The notes under the pieces were generated by a model, which worked only from the letters and a program-made list of their open reading frames with translations, did no database searches and was not told the origin of the DNA. Shown in pieces: positions 59,537 to 64,000 of a stretch of 64,000 nucleotides of DNA (positions are counted from its first letter, which is position 1; the number at the start of each line of letters is the position of its first letter). The stretch is from Candidatus Latescibacterota bacterium (GTDB lineage: Bacteria > Latescibacterota > UBA2968 > SICM01). The DNA lies in the NCBI GenBank assembly GCA_965217865.1, contig CBDCJO010000002.1, positions 1,152,001 through 1,216,000 on the forward strand, in the 5' to 3' direction. The position numbers and the translations under genes are program-made.

Positions 59537-61124
59537 TTGAACCTCCTGTGTTAGCGTAACGTCTATTTCTCTTCTGTGGCTGTTCGGCATGTTGATAATA
59601 TCTCTCGATGGCCTTGACCAGGCCCGAGACCGTCATGTCGTAGGGATCCGCCTCTGCGACGATCTCGATTCCGTAATCCCGGGCAGCCTGGGTGGTAATC
59701 GGCCCAATAGAGGCGCCTTTGATCGATCCCGTTAAACTTTCTGAATTCCCACCCCCTTGGCTTAGGAGATCCACAAAGTTCGATACGGTAGAGGAACTGG
59801 TGAACGTGACAAGATCCACCTCCCCACGCTTGAATTTGTCCTTCATGGAATCGGGAGCAACACCGGGCCGTACGGTCCGGTATACAGCAACGACACACAC
59901 CTCTGCTCCCATTTTGGAAAGAGCCCCCGGAAGGACGTCACGGGCGACGGCCGCACGCGGGAGGAGAATTTTCTTCCCACAAAGGTCTTGCTTTCCGAAC
60001 GCTTCCACCAGCGACTCCGCCACGTTTTGCTCCGGAAGAAGATCGGGATGCAGCCCGTAGTCCTTCAAGCGGGAGGCTGTTCCGGGACCGATCGTACACA
60101 GTCGTGATCCCGCCACCGCACGGGCATCGAACCCCGCCTGGAACAAACGGGCGAAAAATCGATCCACCCCGTTCGCGCTGGTGAATACGATCCAGTGGAA
60201 TTCCTTGAGTTGCCTGATGGCATCGTCAACCGGTCCCCAATCGTCCGGATCTTCGATCTGTATGGTCGGAAAAGCTACGGCCTCCCCGCCGAGATCCTCG
60301 AGAAGCCCGATCAATTCCGGGGCTTGTTGACGTGTTCGCGTGACGAGGATACGGCGTCCGAAAAGGGGCTTTTTCTCGAACCAGGAGAGACGTTTGCGCA
60401 TGTGCACCACCTCGCCCACCACGATCAGCGCAGGGCCTTGAAAGTCCTCGTTCTCGGCAAGCTCGACGATACCGGACAGATCCCCGATAAGCGTCCGCTG
60501 CTCCGGCTTTGTCCCCCACCGAATCAACGCGACAGCCGTGGTGGGGGCGTGCCCACTCTCGATAAGCCGATCCACGATCTGGGGCAAGTTGCGGACGCCC
60601 ATCAGGAACACAAGGGTATCCGCCCCGGAGATCGCACCGGGAAGATTCAACTGGAGGTCATCATCGCCCTCTTGATGTCCCGTGATGAAGGCAACGCTTC
60701 GGGCGACATCCCGATGTGTGATCGGAATCCCGGCATAAGCCGGCGCGGCGATCGCCGATGTGATACCTGGCACAACCTCGAAAGGCACGCCTGCGCGGGC
60801 CAAGGCCTCACACTCTTCGCCCCCTCGGCCGAATACGAAGGGATCCCCCCCCTTGAGGCGGACGACGATCTTTCCCGCCTTGGCGTTTGCGATCAGAAGT
60901 CCGTTAATCTCATCCTGGTTCAAGGTTCGGCTTCCAGACCGATGCCCGACGTAGATTCTCTCGCAATCCGAACGGGTCTCATTCAGAAGACGCATAGATA
61001 TCAAGGAGTCGTACAGGACGCAATCCGCCGAGCGGATGCGGTCCAGGCCCTTCACCGTAACCAGTCCTGGATCGCCGGGACCTGCGCCGACAAGATAGAC
61101 TTTTCCGGTTGCCACAGCCAACAT
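59508..61124 (-). CDS. cobA: Uroporphyrinogen-III C-methyltransferase / uroporphyrinogen-III synthase fusion (CobA-HemD)
   Basis: VYLVGAGPGDP, RLKGGDPFVFGRGGEE and GIPITHR, then ILVTRT, FTSANGV, FTSSSTV and SIGPIT. Confidence 0.95.
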   Translation of the reverse strand: MLAVATGKVYLVGAGPGDPGLVTVKGLDRIRSADCVLYDSLISMRLLNETRSDCERIYVGHRSGSRTLNQDEINGLLIANAKAGKIVVRLKGGDPFVFGRGGEECEALARAGVPFEVVPGITSAIAAPAYAGIPITHRDVARSVAFITGHQEGDDDLQLNLPGAISGADTLVFLMGVRNLPQIVDRLIESGHAPTTAVALIRWGTKPEQRTLIGDLSGIVELAENEDFQGPALIVVGEVVHMRKRLSWFEKKPLFGRRILVTRTRQQAPELIGLLEDLGGEAVAFPTIQIEDPDDWGPVDDAIRQLKEFHWIVFTSANGVDRFFARLFQAGFDARAVAGSRLCTIGPGTASRLKDYGLHPDLLPEQNVAESLVEAFGKQDLCGKKILLPRAAVARDVLPGALSKMGAEVCVVAVYRTVRPGVAPDSMKDKFKRGEVDLVTFTSSSTVSNFVDLLSQGGGNSESLTGSIKGASIGPITTQAARDYGIEIVAEADPYDMTVSGLVKAIERYYQHAEQPQKRNRRYANTGGSNEYEGRDER

Positions 61125-61142
61125 CTGCCAAAGGGAAATTAA

Positions 61143-62087
61143 TCAGGTTGACCCGGCCGAAACCTGGGAATCCTCACGTCTTATCAACTTCATCGCCCCT
61201 CCGCTTTTAAGCTTCCCCGCCAGTTCCTCTCCAAGCACCTCCGGTTTCTCTACCTCTCCTTCTATGCTGTCCCGGATAAGCCGCTTTCCATCCACCGATG
61301 CAACCGCGGCATCCAGCTTCAGGCGTCCCTCCATGACCCTGCCCCAGGCACCCACAGGGACATCACAACCGCCTCCCAGGCCTTTAAGCAAGGCGCGTTC
61401 AGCCAAAACACCGAGACGAGTATCGTCGTCGTTCAAAACGCCCACATCCCGACGGGTCTGGAAATCGTCCGAACGAATCTCGATCCCGATGGCCCCCTGT
61501 CCTGCATCCGGGAGACAGATCGAAAACGGCAGGCGTTCCGTGATCCGGTCCGCCAGGCCTATCCGGACTAACCCCGCAACGGCCAGGACGATGGCATCCA
61601 GACCCTCCGTCTCAAGCTTGCGGAGACGTGTGTCCAAGTTTCCACGGATCCCTTCAAAACGGAGATCCGCTCTTCGATGAAGGAGCATGGCCTTCCGGCG
61701 CAGGCTCCCGGTTCCGATCTTAGCCCCGACCGGAAGGGTCTCGAATGAACTTGCGTTGCAAGCGATCAGTGCGTCGCGGGGATCTTCACGGGGACTGACG
61801 GCACCGAGATCCAGCCCCTCAGGCAGGTCTGTCGGCAGGTCTTTTAGACTGTGAACCGCAAGATCGACGTCCCCTGCAAGGAGGGCGCGCTCAATCTCCT
61901 TCGTGAAAATCCCCCGACCTTCGAACTGCGAAAGCGGGGCCGCTGGTTCCCGATCCCCTGAAGTCCGGATGACCCTCAGCTCAATCCGTGGATTCTGGAG
62001 GTTTTTCTCCAACGCCCGTTTGGCCCATTCGGCCTGCCACAGCGCCAGACCGCTTCCTCGTGTGCCGATGATCAACCTGCGAGCCAC
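61143..62087 (-). CDS. hemC: Hydroxymethylbilane synthase
   Basis: IGTRGSGLALWQA, AVHSLKDLP, GSLRR, IRGNLDTRL and LGGGCDVP. AAGGAGG ribosome binding site. Confidence 0.97.
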   Translation of the reverse strand: MARRLIIGTRGSGLALWQAEWAKRALEKNLQNPRIELRVIRTSGDREPAAPLSQFEGRGIFTKEIERALLAGDVDLAVHSLKDLPTDLPEGLDLGAVSPREDPRDALIACNASSFETLPVGAKIGTGSLRRKAMLLHRRADLRFEGIRGNLDTRLRKLETEGLDAIVLAVAGLVRIGLADRITERLPFSICLPDAGQGAIGIEIRSDDFQTRRDVGVLNDDDTRLGVLAERALLKGLGGGCDVPVGAWGRVMEGRLKLDAAVASVDGKRLIRDSIEGEVEKPEVLGEELAGKLKSGGAMKLIRREDSQVSAGST

Positions 62088-62100
62088 AGATCCTCCTTAG

Positions 62101-63626
62101 CAGCCTGTTGAAAAAGTGCGTTTATGCCAAGATGACTGTTGTCTTTCCTTGTGGTTTGGTCCTATGATATATCAGGTTCAAACTGAGAAGGGAGGACGAG
62201 CAAATGGCAATGGGAAAACGAGGACGACAGAGACAGGAAAACCTGTTCATCGCATCGAACACTTTGGTGAAATCTCCGGGTCATCCGTTCTACGAGAAGC
62301 TGAATCAGGTATTGGGGGCGAACGGCTTCGACGAGTTCGTCGAGGGGCTTTGCCAGCGGTATTACGCTCCTCATATGGGTCGCAAGGGCATTCCGCCCGG
62401 GGTTTATTTTCGGATGCTTTTGATTGGGTATTTCGAGGGACTTGATTCGGAACGTGGGATCGAATGGCGTGTATCTGACTCGCTGACGTTGCGCCGGTTT
62501 TTGGGGTATGCCCTTGACGAACAGACCCCGGATCATTCCAGCCTGTCTCGCATCCGGCATCGGCTTCCCTTGGAAGTTCACGAAGCGGTTTTCAAGTGGA
62601 TCCTGAGGGTCTTGTGCAAAGCGGGTCTGGTGAAGGGGAAGACGTTGGGCGTGGATGCTACGACACTGGAGGCCAACGCCGCGATGCGCAGCATTGTACG
62701 CCGTGACACGGGTGAAGGCTACCAGGCATTCCTTGAGAATCTGGCCAAGGCCTCGGGCATTGAAACGCCTACCCGCGAGGACTTGTCCAAGATCGATAAG
62801 AAGCGACCGAAGAAGGGATCGAACCAGGACTGGGAGCACCCGCACGACCCGGATGCCAAGATCGCTAAGATGAAGGACGGTCGCACGCACATGGCGCACA
62901 AGGTGGAGCACGCGGTGGATCTGGACACCAATGCCATTGTGGCAGTGGCGTTGTCGGGAGCAGATGAAGGAGATACCGAGTCGTTGCCCTGGACGCTGCT
63001 CGAGGCGCCGCTCAATCTCAAGCAGGTCGCGAAGGACGAAAAAGCTGCCAAACGTTTGCACAGACAGCGTATACGGGAGGTGGTTGCGGACAAAGGATAT
63101 CATAGCAACGATGTATTGACCAGTCTGAAGCAAGGCGGCATCCGGAGTTACATTTCAGAACCGGATCGGGGACGCCGCAAGTGGAACGGCCGACGAGATG
63201 AGCAGGCCGCGGTATATGCGAATCGACGCCGGATCAAGGGAGATCGCGGCAAGGCCTTGCGCCGAAGTCGTGCAGAACGGGTGGAAAGAACCATCGCTCA
63301 CACATATGATACCGGTGGCATGCGCAGGTTGCACTTGAGAGACCGCGGCAATATCCTCAAGCGTTTGCTGATCCACATCGGGGGCTGCAACCTGGCTCTG
63401 CTCATGCGCAAAGTGATGGGCGTAGGTACTCCGAAGGCCCTCCAGGACCTGGCCAAGGCCTTGCAGCGTCTACTGCTCGTCCTACAATCACGTTTGCTGC
63501 CCTCGGTTACCTTTTTAACCTCTTATCAGCGTCTCCTGCTCAATCTCCTTACCTTGATTTATCTGACCCGCACTCCAGGCGTCTTTTCCGTTTATGTGCG
63601 TTGAAAGGTAGTTCTTCAACGGGCTG
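62101..63626 (+). mobile_element. IS1182/IS5-like insertion sequence, 1526 bp
   Basis: TIRs CAGCCTGTTGAAAAA vs CAGCCCGTTGAAGAA. TTAG duplicated at 62097-62100 and 63627-63630. Confidence 0.9.
62204..63604 (+). CDS. DDE transposase with DUF772-type N-terminus
   Basis: GRKGIPPGVYFRMLL, TPDHSSLSR, VDATTLEANA, VADKGY and RVERTIAH. Confidence 0.92.
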   Translation: MAMGKRGRQRQENLFIASNTLVKSPGHPFYEKLNQVLGANGFDEFVEGLCQRYYAPHMGRKGIPPGVYFRMLLIGYFEGLDSERGIEWRVSDSLTLRRFLGYALDEQTPDHSSLSRIRHRLPLEVHEAVFKWILRVLCKAGLVKGKTLGVDATTLEANAAMRSIVRRDTGEGYQAFLENLAKASGIETPTREDLSKIDKKRPKKGSNQDWEHPHDPDAKIAKMKDGRTHMAHKVEHAVDLDTNAIVAVALSGADEGDTESLPWTLLEAPLNLKQVAKDEKAAKRLHRQRIREVVADKGYHSNDVLTSLKQGGIRSYISEPDRGRRKWNGRRDEQAAVYANRRRIKGDRGKALRRSRAERVERTIAHTYDTGGMRRLHLRDRGNILKRLLIHIGGCNLALLMRKVMGVGTPKALQDLAKALQRLLLVLQSRLLPSVTFLTSYQRLLLNLLTLIYLTRTPGVFSVYVR

Positions 63627-63676
63627 TTAGGCCTTTCACCGGCCGTCTCCCCCATCACGGTCGTCGTTTTTTCCTT

Positions 63677-63727
63677 TTTCATCTTTCATTTTTCATCTTT
63701 CATTTTGCATCTTTCATTTTGCATTTT
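63677..63727. repeat. Heptamer tract (TTTTCAT/CTTTCAT/TTTGCAT, about 7 units) overlapping the hemA 3' end
   Basis: Seen directly. It encodes MQNERCKMKDEK and the stop codon. Confidence 0.85.
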
Positions 63728-64000
63728 TCTCCCTCCCCCCTCCTCTCCGAGCCCGAACAGATGCCGAATAGCGTGAACGTGAAGCATACCGTCTCCCGCA
63801 TCGGCGGCTTCCTTCAGTCGGGTGACCGGATCGTGAAGGAGTTTGTTCGCGTAGCCCCTCAAAAGGGAGTGGACTTTCTGTTGCTGCTCTTCAGAAAATC
63901 CCGTCAGCTTTACGCGCGCCAATTCCGCCTTCATAATCGCCTCGAACTGCTCCCGAAGAGTCACAATGGTCGGCTTGACATCCAGACTGTTTAACCACGA
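63686..64000 (-). CDS. hemA: Glutamyl-tRNA reductase, C-terminal part (runs off right edge)
   Basis: PTIVTLREQFEAIMKAEL...ANKLLHDPVTRLK...IRHLFGL dimerisation domain, located upstream of hemC. Confidence 0.85.
   Translation of the reverse strand, partial: SWLNSLDVKPTIVTLREQFEAIMKAELARVKLTGFSEEQQQKVHSLLRGYANKLLHDPVTRLKEAADAGDGMLHVHAIRHLFGLGEEGGGRKMQNERCKMKDEK

Noticed and set aside
1381-63133. Long antisense ORFs such as 1381..2214, 8312..9442, 14221..15108, 48086..49171, 60195..61142 and 62162..63133
   Set aside because: Each lies opposite a well-supported gene, which is expected in GC-rich DNA with few antisense stops.

Overview
A GC-rich bacterial chromosomal segment with about 45 genes and no rRNA, tRNA or CRISPR array that I could recognise. 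A GWxTD/TPR protein, PhyH-type dioxygenases and a C-terminal 'DFDKDGKVDLSDFFMFANVFG...DFDDFFIFASQFG' EF-hand/dockerin-like tag suggest Candidatus Latescibacterota or a related FCB lineage (inference). Main blocks: catabolic enzymes; a GT-C/GT2/methyltransferase/GWxTD envelope cluster; selA; a degP-DedA/VTT-MMPL-uppP unit; a KamA + AmmeMemoRadiSam radical SAM pair; an ABC binding protein-CorA-ATPase unit without a permease; a TetR-regulated RND pump; hflKC; zapA; a lower-GC islet (NUDIX, pyrE remnant, ppa); ggt; purL; CHAD; hppA; uvrB; an NMT1-type ABC transporter split across strands; and hemA-hemC-cobA/hemD-STAS-RsbW. Three IS elements (IS200-like, IS1595, IS1182/IS5-like) have readable ends. 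The most unusual signals are (1) a dispersed, ordered 6-7-mer microsatellite cassette that also enters coding sequence, (2) kamA and amrS in one frame separated only by TGA-TCC after Cys-x-x in a selA-containing genome, (3) a G10-frameshifted GT2 in a cluster with other long homopolymers, and (4) two apparent pseudoenzymes. All calls come from reading the sequence; no database searches were run.
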